NCBI GenBank assembly: GCA_947479535.1
Contig: CANJZQ010000001.1
Span: forward strand, 142,324 to 206,323
Length of the DNA: 64,000 nucleotides
DNA from: Oligoflexales bacterium
GTDB lineage: Bacteria; Bdellovibrionota_B; Oligoflexia; Oligoflexales; RGVZ01
Reading direction: 5' to 3'
Part shown: piece after piece, positions 54,390-63,369 of the stretch
Position numbering within the stretch: the stretch's first letter is position 1
Layout of the letters: every line of letters starts with the position of its first letter
Translations under genes and position numbers: made by a program
The notes under the pieces: model-generated
The model's input: only the letters and a program-made list of their open reading frames with translations
The model's database searches: none
What the model was told of the DNA's origin: nothing

Positions 54390-55580
54390 GTGCCCGAACA
54401 ACCTGGTTTCCGCCCGATGACAAAGAACAAAAAAATTGGACTAGTCACTTTGGCCCTGATTTCAGTTGGGGCTGTTTTCGTTATTCTTTTTCGGCCTCTC
54501 CTTGTTTCGATTGCTGTTGCCGCGATGCTTGGCCTTTTGATTGCGCCGGGCGTCGACCACATGGAGCAGAGACGCATCCCGCGTTCCCTCGCGACCTTTT
54601 TCTGCTTGTCTCTCGCGGGCCTCATTGCCATGGCGCTGATTGGTGGTTTTGTGCCCTCCGCAGTTGATCAGGTTTCGTACATGCTTTCACGCGGCCCTGA
54701 TGTCTTTTCGTCCCTGTATGCATCGGTGACGACACAACTGAATGCGTTCCTGCGATCGTTGGGGTTCTCCTCGAGGGAGGTTTCCACGATGGCTGGGAGC
54801 AAGGCTCAAATACTTTCCAATTTGCTTGGCAGGGTTGAAGCCGGTTTGATGGGTATTTGGACAACCAGTGCGATGGTTCTGAGTGGTTTTGTTGATGCCG
54901 CCCTCGTCCCGTTTTTCGCTTTTTTTCTCGTCAAGGATCGCGATCGGCTTCATCGATTGTTCCTCAAAATTTTACCAGAGGATGTTGCTGATGTTTTTGA
55001 CGGGGTGCTCCTTTCAACTGCAGATGCGCTCCGTGCGGTGCTTAGGGGACAGTTGATTTTAATAGCCGTGGACAGCTGCCTTTATGTGGCATTGATGACT
55101 TCGTTGGCAGTTGATGGTGGCGTTGTTTTGGGGGTTGCTGCCGGATTGTGTCGTCTCGTGCCCTATCTTGATGCCATCACCGCTTTGTCTCTCGGTGCTA
55201 TTTCCATTTCGATGCATGACGGTGGATTATCTGGTTTGGCCGGTTTAGGGGTCGGTGTCCTGGGTATTCAGATGTTAGATGGTTTGTTCCTAACGCCACG
55301 CCTTGTAGGCGGCCGTGCGGGTTTGCATCCAGCGGTGGTCATTGGGACGGTCTTGGCGTTTGGAAAAGCCTTCGGAATCTGGGGGGTAATCTTTGCCATT
55401 CCTGTGGCGGCAATATTCAAAGCCCTCTTGGGTGAGCTTTTACCGTATTACTTGTCATCTGGAATCTACTCAACGGACGGTCGGCAATCATCTGCGGCGC
55501 CATTTTCCTGGAGAACGCAACGCCGGCTTTTGAGTCGCATGGGACCGATGGGGCGTCGCTGGTCTGGTAGAGGGCAATGA
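54390..55580 (+). CDS. AI-2E family transporter (PerM/UPF0118-like)
   Basis: Polytopic membrane protein with a typical C-terminal core (LTPRLVGGRAGLHPAVVIGTVLAFG..GVIFAIPVAA). The start is uncertain (GTG 54390 or ATG 54417). Confidence 0.8.
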   Translation: MPEQPGFRPMTKNKKIGLVTLALISVGAVFVILFRPLLVSIAVAAMLGLLIAPGVDHMEQRRIPRSLATFFCLSLAGLIAMALIGGFVPSAVDQVSYMLSRGPDVFSSLYASVTTQLNAFLRSLGFSSREVSTMAGSKAQILSNLLGRVEAGLMGIWTTSAMVLSGFVDAALVPFFAFFLVKDRDRLHRLFLKILPEDVADVFDGVLLSTADALRAVLRGQLILIAVDSCLYVALMTSLAVDGGVVLGVAAGLCRLVPYLDAITALSLGAISISMHDGGLSGLAGLGVGVLGIQMLDGLFLTPRLVGGRAGLHPAVVIGTVLAFGKAFGIWGVIFAIPVAAIFKALLGELLPYYLSSGIYSTDGRQSSAAPFSWRTQRRLLSRMGPMGRRWSGRGQ

Positions 55581-56270
55581 CCGTCTGCCCGTTCCTGCGT
55601 CCAGAATAAGGACAAAATTTAGTTTACCTAATTCCTTGGTCCCTTCGTGGATGGCACGGAGGGAGTCGTTCCAGATTACCTCCTCCGTTCCACTAAGATC
55701 CAATGCCAGGGTAGCCATGTGGTTCTCACCGAACACCTTTTTGCACGACTCGAGGAGTGCGGCCAAACGATAGGGTGTATCCATTAGAGCAAGTGGAACG
55801 CCGAGCGTATTCCATTCCATCAGTTGTCTTTCCCGTGCTTCATTTTCTCTTGGGGCAAACCCGCAGAAGTGGAATTCCGCCATGTCAAATGGGCATGCGG
55901 CAATGGCTGCGGTTAAAGAGCTGGGACCCGGGACCACACGGATTTCCGCTTTTTCCCTGACGGCCACTCGAACGATTTCCCTGCCGGGGTCAGCGAGACC
56001 TGGGCAGCCTTGGTCACTCATGTAAACCGCCGTCTTTCCATTTCTGAAGGATTCCGTCAGGATTTCCAGGGTCTGTTTCTGGTCATGCTCGTTGTAGCGG
56101 AGGTATTCTCGGTGAATTCCCGCGGATTTGAGGGCAGAGCGAGCTCCGCGATCCTCCTCAAAAATGAGAAGATCTGCGGTCCTTAAGGCCTCGAGGCTTC
56201 TGAGGGGAATGTCTTGGGCCTCGCCAATAGAGTGGCTTGCCATGATGAGGCGTCCCTTGAGCTTTTCCAT
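55488..56270 (-). CDS. rsmI: 16S rRNA (cytidine1402-2'-O)-methyltransferase RsmI
   Basis: Tetrapyrrole-methylase fold motifs (IGEAQDIPLRSLEALRTADLLIFEEDRG, MSDQGCPGLADPG, VVPGPSSLTAAIA). ATG 56270 lies 9 nt after GGGAG. The 3' end overlaps the convergent transporter gene by 93 nt. Confidence 0.85.
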   Translation of the reverse strand: MEKLKGRLIMASHSIGEAQDIPLRSLEALRTADLLIFEEDRGARSALKSAGIHREYLRYNEHDQKQTLEILTESFRNGKTAVYMSDQGCPGLADPGREIVRVAVREKAEIRVVPGPSSLTAAIAACPFDMAEFHFCGFAPRENEARERQLMEWNTLGVPLALMDTPYRLAALLESCKKVFGENHMATLALDLSGTEEVIWNDSLRAIHEGTKELGKLNFVLILDAGTGRRSLPSTRPATPHRSHATQKPALRSPGKWRRR

Positions 56271-56315
56271 TCGTCGCATCTCCCGCGTTAGTCTTGCGAA
56301 TTCTGGTAGTTACAT

Positions 56316-56339
56316 CCTTTTTGCGCATCCGCAAAGAGG
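56316..56339. other. Strong stem-loop in the rsmI/uppS divergent region
   Basis: CCTTTTTGCG-CATC-CGCAAAGAGG forms a 10 bp stem with one G-U pair. No flanking U-tract, so it is not a classical terminator. Confidence 0.4.
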
Positions 56340-56454
56340 ATAGACGCGTCGCCAGAGCGTGTGTTAATCACAAAGAATCTAGTTGGAATTAAAGAACGTC
56401 CATAACCGGCTGCGCTGGTTGGCAAATTTGAACAAGGTCTTGCATTTGACGTCT

Positions 56455-57240
56455 ATGCTGCAGGGACCAGATCAGGCGAGTCGCGTCATTCCGCGCCATG
56501 TTGGAATCATCATGGATGGCAATGGTCGTTGGGCACGAAGTCGCTTCATGCCTCGGATCTGGGGCCATAAACGTGGCGCGAACAGTGTTCGTGAGGTGGT
56601 GAAGGCTGCATCATCATCGGGCGTGCAGGTCCTCAGCCTTTTTGCCTTCAGTGATGAGAACTGGGGGCGACCGGTTGAAGAAGTAAATGCCTTGATGGGC
56701 TTGTTCGATCACTATTTGAGCCATGAAATCAGTGAACTCATGCGACAAAATATCAAATTGCGCGTCATGGGGAACCTCGATCGTTTGCCAGTACGGACTA
56801 AAAAACTGTTGATTCAAGGTTGCGAAGAACTTTCGTCGTGCACAGGCATGGTGCTGAACCTTGCGGTAAGTTACGGCGCCCGGGCCGAGATCACGGAGGC
56901 CGTTCGCAATATCGCCCAGCAGATCCGCGAAGGGGTGATTGATCCGGAACATGTTGACGAAGACCTTTTTGCATCACATCTGGCGACAGCAGGCTTGCCG
57001 GATCTTGATCTGGTCATTCGAACGAGTGGAGAGCAAAGGCTTTCAAATTTCATGCTGTGGCAGTCTTCTTATGCGGAGCTTCACTTCACCAAAGTTCAGT
57101 GGCCAGATTTTAGCGCTTCAGATTTTGACAAGGCGGTTCATGAATTTAGTTCAAGGCAGCGCCGCTTCGGTCTTGTTGATCAAGTCATCAACAATTTGAC
57201 CATCACAACAGATCCTGGTGCTGGTGAAATTTCATGTTGA
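56455..57240 (+). CDS. uppS: Undecaprenyl diphosphate synthase
   Basis: Motifs HVGIIMDGNGRWA, FAFSDENWGRP and RTSGEQRLSNFMLWQSSYAEL. ATG 56455 gives 261 aa. Confidence 0.92.
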   Translation: MLQGPDQASRVIPRHVGIIMDGNGRWARSRFMPRIWGHKRGANSVREVVKAASSSGVQVLSLFAFSDENWGRPVEEVNALMGLFDHYLSHEISELMRQNIKLRVMGNLDRLPVRTKKLLIQGCEELSSCTGMVLNLAVSYGARAEITEAVRNIAQQIREGVIDPEHVDEDLFASHLATAGLPDLDLVIRTSGEQRLSNFMLWQSSYAELHFTKVQWPDFSASDFDKAVHEFSSRQRRFGLVDQVINNLTITTDPGAGEISC

Positions 57241-58157
57241 TTTTGCGTGTGCTTACCGCTGTTGTGGGTCTGCCGCTTTTGATGGCGCTTCTCACTCGTG
57301 GTTCTCGTGCCTCGGTCCTTTGTTTTTTTTGTTGTTGCAGCGCAATTGCCGTCTATGAGGCAGCCCTCATGGTATTGCCTGAGTTCGATCGTTTGTTCGC
57401 CCTTCACCCGGTGATCGTCCAGGCCAAGGATGATTCAAGGGAGCGCGGCGTTAAACCTCAAGTAGAATTTTCTAAATCCTCTTATCGCCGCGCTGCTTTG
57501 CTTTGCGGATTGGGCATGTTGGTGCTTTGCTTCGCCGTGGCGGGTGTTCAGCCTCAGGCCGGGCTTGGAATCGTCATTTCAGCACTTGCTATCGTCATCC
57601 TATTTAGCATTTTTTTGACCAGGGGAATTGACGCTGAAGTATCCCGCATGTCCGGAGTCCTTGTTACTGTCGTTTATGCGGGATTGCCGTGGATCTTAAT
57701 CTGGAATCTCTATGAGTTGAGACCAGACGCTGCCTTGGTGTTCCTGCTCTTGGCCATAGTTTGGGGGGGAGATACGGGCGCTTATTTTGGTGGACGATTC
57801 TTCGGTCGGCACAAATTGTCTCCTCAGAAATCTCCCAAGAAGACTTGGGAAGGTGCTATTGCGGGTATGGGGACCAGTATTATCGCGGCCATGGTGGTGG
57901 AAATTTACTTTAAATACCCATTGGGTGGCTTGTCTCAGGCCGTGGTTGCCGGGGCGCTGTGCGGTAGTCTCGGGCAACTCGGGGATCTCGTTGAGTCCGT
58001 TATCAAGCGTTTTGCCAGGGTAAAGGATTCCGGTGCCGTGTTTCCCGGGCATGGCGGTTTTCTTGATCGCGTGGACGGTCTGCTGGTTGCAGCGCCTGGC
58101 CTGTGGTTATTGTTCGCCCTTTTGCAGAATGTGCAATTGTTGGCGAGGGCCCAATAA
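57234..58157 (+). CDS. cdsA: Phosphatidate cytidylyltransferase
   Basis: SPKKTWEGAIAG and the C-terminal signature SVIKRFARVKDSGAVFPGHGGFLDRVD. Overlaps uppS by 7 nt. Confidence 0.88.
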   Translation: MLILRVLTAVVGLPLLMALLTRGSRASVLCFFCCCSAIAVYEAALMVLPEFDRLFALHPVIVQAKDDSRERGVKPQVEFSKSSYRRAALLCGLGMLVLCFAVAGVQPQAGLGIVISALAIVILFSIFLTRGIDAEVSRMSGVLVTVVYAGLPWILIWNLYELRPDAALVFLLLAIVWGGDTGAYFGGRFFGRHKLSPQKSPKKTWEGAIAGMGTSIIAAMVVEIYFKYPLGGLSQAVVAGALCGSLGQLGDLVESVIKRFARVKDSGAVFPGHGGFLDRVDGLLVAAPGLWLLFALLQNVQLLARAQ

Positions 58158-58187
58158 GTCAGCCTGTTCAACCGGAGTGAAATTCCT

Positions 58188-59891
58188 TTGGCATCCTTTT
58201 TTTCACACCCTCTGATTGCCGTCGTCGCACTTCTAGGTGCGCTCGTGTTTGTTCACGAGCTTGGTCATTTTCTTGTCGGGCGTGCTTGTGGCATTGCCGT
58301 GGAAATTTTCTCCATTGGTTTTGGGGCAAAGCTTTTTAGCTACCGCCGCGGAAATACTGAGTACCGGCTTAGCGCCATTCCTCTTGGCGGATACGTCAAA
58401 TTTTATGGTGCATCTCCGGCCGAGGTTGTTCCTGTCGGGGTAGAGGGGCGAGAATTCTTTCGCGCAAATTATTGGCGCCGCATGGCCACCATTGCCGCTG
58501 GTCCGGGGGCTAATTTTCTACTTGCTGCAATCGCGTTTGCAGTTCTCGGTCTTTCGGGAATCTCACATCCGCCCGCAATGATCGGCGATGTTCTTCCCGG
58601 TGCTCCGGCGGAGCTTGCGGGCGTTTTTCCCGGTGACAAGCTTGTGGCAATTGACGGCGTTCCGGTCTCCCGCTGGCGGGAGCTTGAAGCGTTAGTAAGC
58701 AAGTCTGCGGACCGTGTCATGAAATGGACTGTGGAACGCAACGGGCAGGTGATCCAGATTGATTTAAAGCCCGCCGCAGTAGAAGTTGAAAATGCCTTGG
58801 GCCGCAGGGTGCAGATTGGGCGTGCGGGTGTTTCCCTTGGGATAGTTCCCGCTTATTTATACACCTCGAAAAAAGATGGCTGGGCCTATCGCTCGGGGAT
58901 CCGGACTGGTGACCTTGTAAAGTCAGTTGAATGCCCTGGATTGGGTGTCACGCGAGCTACCCCTGGATTTGGTTCTTTTGTCGTCGGACTTCGGGAATTG
59001 ATTTCGGTCTGTGATACGTCAATAAATATTGAAGTCGTCCGTGATGGAGTTTCGATAAACATAATTGGGGCTAAAGTTGATCGTGGTCTTGGAAGCATCG
59101 ATAACAGCAATCGATTTGTTTTTTCGAAGGTTCGCGAGTTTGCCGCTAGCCTCGGAGTTGAAGATGCTCAACTTATCGTCTGGCCTGACCCAAAGGAGTT
59201 AAGTGTTTTTCTGCGGGGTGACCGATTGGTCCGTTTTGCGGGAAAACAGTTTGAGGGAGTTTTTGGGCTGCGTGATCTCGTCATTGAGAACCAGAGTCCA
59301 GTAGTTAAAATTGGGGTGATTCGGGATTTTCGCGAAATTGAACTGGATTTGCCGTTGAAAGCTGTCGACTCTCAACAGGCGAAAGGCCGAGTGACCGTTT
59401 ATACGCTCCCGGTTTCATTGCTTGGGCAGCCAGAAGAGCCTGCTCCTGTGATTGAAAAATACAGTGGCTTTTTTCCTTCGCTGACTTACGGTTTTGAAGA
59501 GTGCGGCAGGCAGATGGTCGTAATCGCCGGGGCCCTTGCGCACCTTGTTTCGGGAGAGATTCCAATCAAGGCCCTTGGGGGCCCAATCATGATTGCCAAG
59601 GTTGCTGGCGACTCTGCAAAAATGGGCTGGCAATCATTTTTGACCTCTCTGGCTTTGATCAGCGTGAATCTCGGTCTGGTCAACCTTTTTCCGATTCCTG
59701 TCCTCGATGGTGGTCAGATGGTGCTCTTTTCAATCGAGGCGATGTTGCGGCGGCCCCTCAATGATCGAGCAATGGAGTTTTTTCACAAACTGGGTTTCAT
59801 CTTCGTTGCCGCTCTAGTTTTGCTTGCGACTTACAATGACCTTAGTCGGTTCTGGAAATCGATGCTGATGGCTCTTGTGGGTGAGCAATGA
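58188..59891 (+). CDS. rseP: RIP metalloprotease RseP (M50 site-2 protease)
   Basis: HELGHF zinc motif in the first TM helix, PDZ segments (GDKLVAIDGVPV), and C-terminal NLFPIPVLDGG. Confidence 0.88.
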   Translation: MASFFSHPLIAVVALLGALVFVHELGHFLVGRACGIAVEIFSIGFGAKLFSYRRGNTEYRLSAIPLGGYVKFYGASPAEVVPVGVEGREFFRANYWRRMATIAAGPGANFLLAAIAFAVLGLSGISHPPAMIGDVLPGAPAELAGVFPGDKLVAIDGVPVSRWRELEALVSKSADRVMKWTVERNGQVIQIDLKPAAVEVENALGRRVQIGRAGVSLGIVPAYLYTSKKDGWAYRSGIRTGDLVKSVECPGLGVTRATPGFGSFVVGLRELISVCDTSINIEVVRDGVSINIIGAKVDRGLGSIDNSNRFVFSKVREFAASLGVEDAQLIVWPDPKELSVFLRGDRLVRFAGKQFEGVFGLRDLVIENQSPVVKIGVIRDFREIELDLPLKAVDSQQAKGRVTVYTLPVSLLGQPEEPAPVIEKYSGFFPSLTYGFEECGRQMVVIAGALAHLVSGEIPIKALGGPIMIAKVAGDSAKMGWQSFLTSLALISVNLGLVNLFPIPVLDGGQMVLFSIEAMLRRPLNDRAMEFFHKLGFIFVAALVLLATYNDLSRFWKSMLMALVGEQ

Positions 59892-60598
59892 AATCATCAA
59901 AAATTGATGGGTTGACCGTTGTCATCGACACCTCAATTTGTGGGCTGCGCCTTGCACTTGTTTCTCCAGGCGAAGAGGTGCCCACGTGGCGGGGCGGAAT
60001 TGATGAGACTCAGGGATCCGCGGCCCGCCTTGCTGGAATCGTGACTGACGGACTAAGAGCGACGTCACGGCAAATTAGTGAAATTGATCGAGCGCTTGTT
60101 TCATGTGGTCCCGGCTCGTTCACGGGAATTCGGGTTGGAATTGCGTTTGCTCGCGGCTTGTTTGCAGGCAGGGAAAAGGGGCCGGAAGGTTGTGCTTCAC
60201 TGGGATTGTATGCAGCCTTTGAGGCCGCACGCCTCGGGGGGCCTGTGGCTGTGTATTTGCCTGCGACGCGGAGTGCTGGTTATGTTGCCATTGCTGAATC
60301 TCCCGATAACGTAAGCTTGCGGCCATTTTTGCTTGATGCATTTTCTGCGGAATCAGGTGCTGTTGCTGACAATTTTACTGTGTTGATAGTCGGAACCTGG
60401 TCAGGGCTTTGTGAAGCATTTGATCGTATTGGAAGACCATACCGGGTTGAAAATTCGTCCGATGTTGCGGATGCATGTTGCTTGGCAATGTGTCGCCTGG
60501 CAGCGAGTGGCCGAAAGTTGGATGATGCGATTGGATTGCAGCCGATTTACTTGCGCCGCAGTTCAGTCGAAGAAAAAGGAGGAAGCGGTGCAAACTAA
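59888..60598 (+). CDS. tsaB: tRNA threonylcarbamoyladenosine biosynthesis protein TsaB
   Basis: Overlaps the rseP stop (ATGA). Motifs VVIDTSI and VSCGPGSFTGIRVGIAFARG. Confidence 0.8.
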   Translation: MKSSKIDGLTVVIDTSICGLRLALVSPGEEVPTWRGGIDETQGSAARLAGIVTDGLRATSRQISEIDRALVSCGPGSFTGIRVGIAFARGLFAGREKGPEGCASLGLYAAFEAARLGGPVAVYLPATRSAGYVAIAESPDNVSLRPFLLDAFSAESGAVADNFTVLIVGTWSGLCEAFDRIGRPYRVENSSDVADACCLAMCRLAASGRKLDDAIGLQPIYLRRSSVEEKGGSGAN

Positions 60599-61460
60599 GT
60601 CAGGCAAGTCGATGTTGGGCGGTGCAGTCTATGTTCTCCCTAATTTATTGACGTCGGGTAATTTATTCTTTGGTTTTCTCTGTATGATCCGCTCTTTGGA
60701 TGGCCAGTTTGCTTGGGCCGCAGTTGCGATCTTCATTGCGGCCCTTTTCGACATGCTCGATGGGCGCGTGGCGCGGATCACCAAGGGGACCAGCGAATTT
60801 GGTGTCCAGTACGATTCGCTTTGCGACGCTGTTTCGTTCGGTGTTGCTCCTGCTTTCATGATGTATCAGTTTGGTTTATTCGATGTCGGCCGTCTTGGAT
60901 GGGCGGCTTGTTTCATGTATCTGGCCTGCGGCACCCTTCGCCTTGCGCGCTTCAATGTTCAATCTTCGATTGGAAAAGCGGGCGGAGATTTTACGGGTCT
61001 CCCGATCCCGATGGCAGCGGCGGCCGTGGCGTCATGGATTCTTTTGATGGACGCGATTGACTCCCCAACAGGTGGATATGACTGGCTGCCGGCAGGAGTC
61101 CTTGAGTTCGTGGGCGATCAGGGTTTGCGCAATATTTTCATGCTTTTCTTGGCGCCTGCTCTCGGAATCGCAATGGTCAGTAATTTCGCTTATCGCTCGC
61201 ACAAGTCGTTGAAGATCAGGGGAATTAGGCCTTTTAGATTGCTTGTTTTGATCACAGGGTTGATCGGATTTTTGGCCTATCAGACTGAGCTTGTCGTTTT
61301 TATTTTGGCGTTTGGCTATGCTCTGAGCGGTTTGATCGAGGGAATAGCCGGGTGGCGCAAGCCAATTGAAGATGATGAGATTTTTCAGTCTTCCCATGAG
61401 GACCATGCCTACGATGGCCGCGAGGATGACTCAAGGCCCTTGGGGGGGGATCGCAATTGA
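60588..61460 (+). CDS. pssA: CDP-diacylglycerol--serine O-phosphatidyltransferase
   Basis: GTG 60588 follows AAAGGAGGA. CDP-alcohol phosphatidyltransferase motif DMLDGRVARITKGTSEFGVQYDSLCDAVSFG. Multi-TM protein. Confidence 0.85.
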   Translation: MQTKSGKSMLGGAVYVLPNLLTSGNLFFGFLCMIRSLDGQFAWAAVAIFIAALFDMLDGRVARITKGTSEFGVQYDSLCDAVSFGVAPAFMMYQFGLFDVGRLGWAACFMYLACGTLRLARFNVQSSIGKAGGDFTGLPIPMAAAAVASWILLMDAIDSPTGGYDWLPAGVLEFVGDQGLRNIFMLFLAPALGIAMVSNFAYRSHKSLKIRGIRPFRLLVLITGLIGFLAYQTELVVFILAFGYALSGLIEGIAGWRKPIEDDEIFQSSHEDHAYDGREDDSRPLGGDRN

Positions 61461-62470
61461 AAGTTGCCATAATTGGAGCAACAGGAGCTGTTGGTCGCGA
61501 GATGATTGGCGACTTGGGTGACTCCAATCTTGAGGTTGAACTGATCCCTTTGGCGAGCGCCCGGTCGGATGGTGCCGTTGTTGATTTTCGCGGAAAATCT
61601 CTCAAGGTTCGCGCCTTTTCGGTGGACCTCGTCAAGGGATGCAGATTCACGTTGATGAGTGCTGGTGGTGATTTTTCTCGCTCAGAAGCGGCCGGAATCG
61701 TCCAGACGGGTTCCACGGTTATCGACAACAGTAGCGCATGGCGCATGGACCTGTCGGTGCCATTGGTGGTTCCTGAAGTTAATCCATCGGCCCTTGCACC
61801 AGCCCTTATGACGAAGGGAATTATTGCAAATCCAAACTGTTCAACGATTCAGTTGGTAGTGCCGTTGGCAGCCCTTCGTGATGCATTTGGCCTCCAACAA
61901 GTTCAGGTCGCTACTTATCAGTCGGTTTCAGGTACCGGACAGAAAGGGATTTCAGAGCTGGCTGGGCAAGTTCAGGGGCATTTTTCTTTCAGGGAACCTG
62001 AGCCTCAGGTTTATCGTCAGCCCATTGCGTTTAACCTTCTTCCGGCAATCGACAAGATCGACGCCTTCGGGCATTGCTTTGAAGAGGAAAAGATCATTCG
62101 TGAGACCCGCAGAATTTTGGATATGCCTGACCTGCAGGTACTTGCCACGACGATTCGCACACCGACTTTCCATTGCCACGGCGAGGCAGTTTCGGTCCGT
62201 CTCGATCGCAAGGTGAGCCTTGAGCAGGTCAAGGCAGTTTTTCGTGCCGCTAAAGGCATTTCATTTATTGACTCAATGGATATTGCGGATTTACCGACGC
62301 CGCGGATGGTCGCAGGTGATCGTGGAATCTGGGTGTCTCGGGCCCGTCTACCCTTGGATGCAAGGGAGTCGGAATGGCTGCAATTCTGGGTGATTGCTGA
62401 TAATCTGAAAAAGGGTGCAGCCACAAACGCCGTCCAAATTCTAAACCTTATTGCTGCCGGGGGCAGATGA
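61457..62470 (+). CDS. asd: Aspartate-semialdehyde dehydrogenase
   Basis: TTG start overlaps the pssA stop (TTGA). Motifs (M)KVAIIGATGAVGREM, IANPNCSTIQ (catalytic Cys) and NLKKGAATNAVQI. Confidence 0.92.
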   Translation: MKVAIIGATGAVGREMIGDLGDSNLEVELIPLASARSDGAVVDFRGKSLKVRAFSVDLVKGCRFTLMSAGGDFSRSEAAGIVQTGSTVIDNSSAWRMDLSVPLVVPEVNPSALAPALMTKGIIANPNCSTIQLVVPLAALRDAFGLQQVQVATYQSVSGTGQKGISELAGQVQGHFSFREPEPQVYRQPIAFNLLPAIDKIDAFGHCFEEEKIIRETRRILDMPDLQVLATTIRTPTFHCHGEAVSVRLDRKVSLEQVKAVFRAAKGISFIDSMDIADLPTPRMVAGDRGIWVSRARLPLDARESEWLQFWVIADNLKKGAATNAVQILNLIAAGGR

Positions 62471-63369
62471 AGATCATGGTCATTCGCATTGTTGCCTCTC
62501 TAATATTCTGCGCATGGTTTTCCTCGTCCATGGGCATGGCGAATGATGCGTCCGCAGATTTATCTTCCGATGAGCAGGCTTTGAGTGAATCCGACGGCGC
62601 TTCCACCTCCGTCACGGGTGAAGCAGGAGTGGTTTCGCCGGAACCAAGGCTGAAGAAAGAACTCAAGTTAGAAGCCAAAGGCGATGAAAAATCCTGGGCG
62701 GATCCCGTTTTTGGGCGTTACCATATTCAACTCAATTTTCACGATCATCCAGAATTTGATGATGGCCTGAAATATTACGACGACCTCTACGGAAAGACTC
62801 CCCGTTACGGGATGCTTGGGGCGGATTACACCCCATGGGGTTGGTTTGTGAATTTTGGGTTTGGATTTCGCAGTGGCATGTTTTCGGATCGGGGGAACGC
62901 TGCCTCCGAAATATCATCGTCCACAGGCGAAGTTACGTTGGATGAAAACGGAAAGACGACGTTGACCCTCATCCCATTCCAGTTTCTTGCCGTCGCAAGA
63001 TTTACGCCGTTTTCGAAGAAATGGCTGGTCCTTGAAGGATACGCTGGGCGAGAGCGGATGTATTTTCAGGAAATCCGGAACGTAAGTTCCAGTTCGTCGA
63101 TGCTTGTTGGTAGTCCAAAGTCAGGAATTGTTGGTGATAACGCCCTGACAAACAAAGGCTGGCTTTCAGGGAACGTTGTTGGTGCCGCTGTCAGCATCCT
63201 GATGAATCCTCTCGATGAAACTTCGGTTCGATCAATGGTGCACAGCCTCGGACTTGGGTTTGTGTATCTGACGTTGTTTCAGGAAAAGATTACTTATCTG
63301 GACAGGGACAGGGTGTCCTTTGGTCGCAGCTCGAGCGGAATTGGTTTTACCTTTGAAACCGTCAAGTGA
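62467..63369 (+). CDS. Hypothetical secreted/outer-membrane protein
   Basis: Overlaps the asd stop (ATGA). Signal peptide MKIMVIRIVASLIFCAWFSSSMGMA. Aromatic/Gly-rich beta-like segments. No family recognised. Confidence 0.5.
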   Translation: MKIMVIRIVASLIFCAWFSSSMGMANDASADLSSDEQALSESDGASTSVTGEAGVVSPEPRLKKELKLEAKGDEKSWADPVFGRYHIQLNFHDHPEFDDGLKYYDDLYGKTPRYGMLGADYTPWGWFVNFGFGFRSGMFSDRGNAASEISSSTGEVTLDENGKTTLTLIPFQFLAVARFTPFSKKWLVLEGYAGRERMYFQEIRNVSSSSSMLVGSPKSGIVGDNALTNKGWLSGNVVGAAVSILMNPLDETSVRSMVHSLGLGFVYLTLFQEKITYLDRDRVSFGRSSSGIGFTFETVK

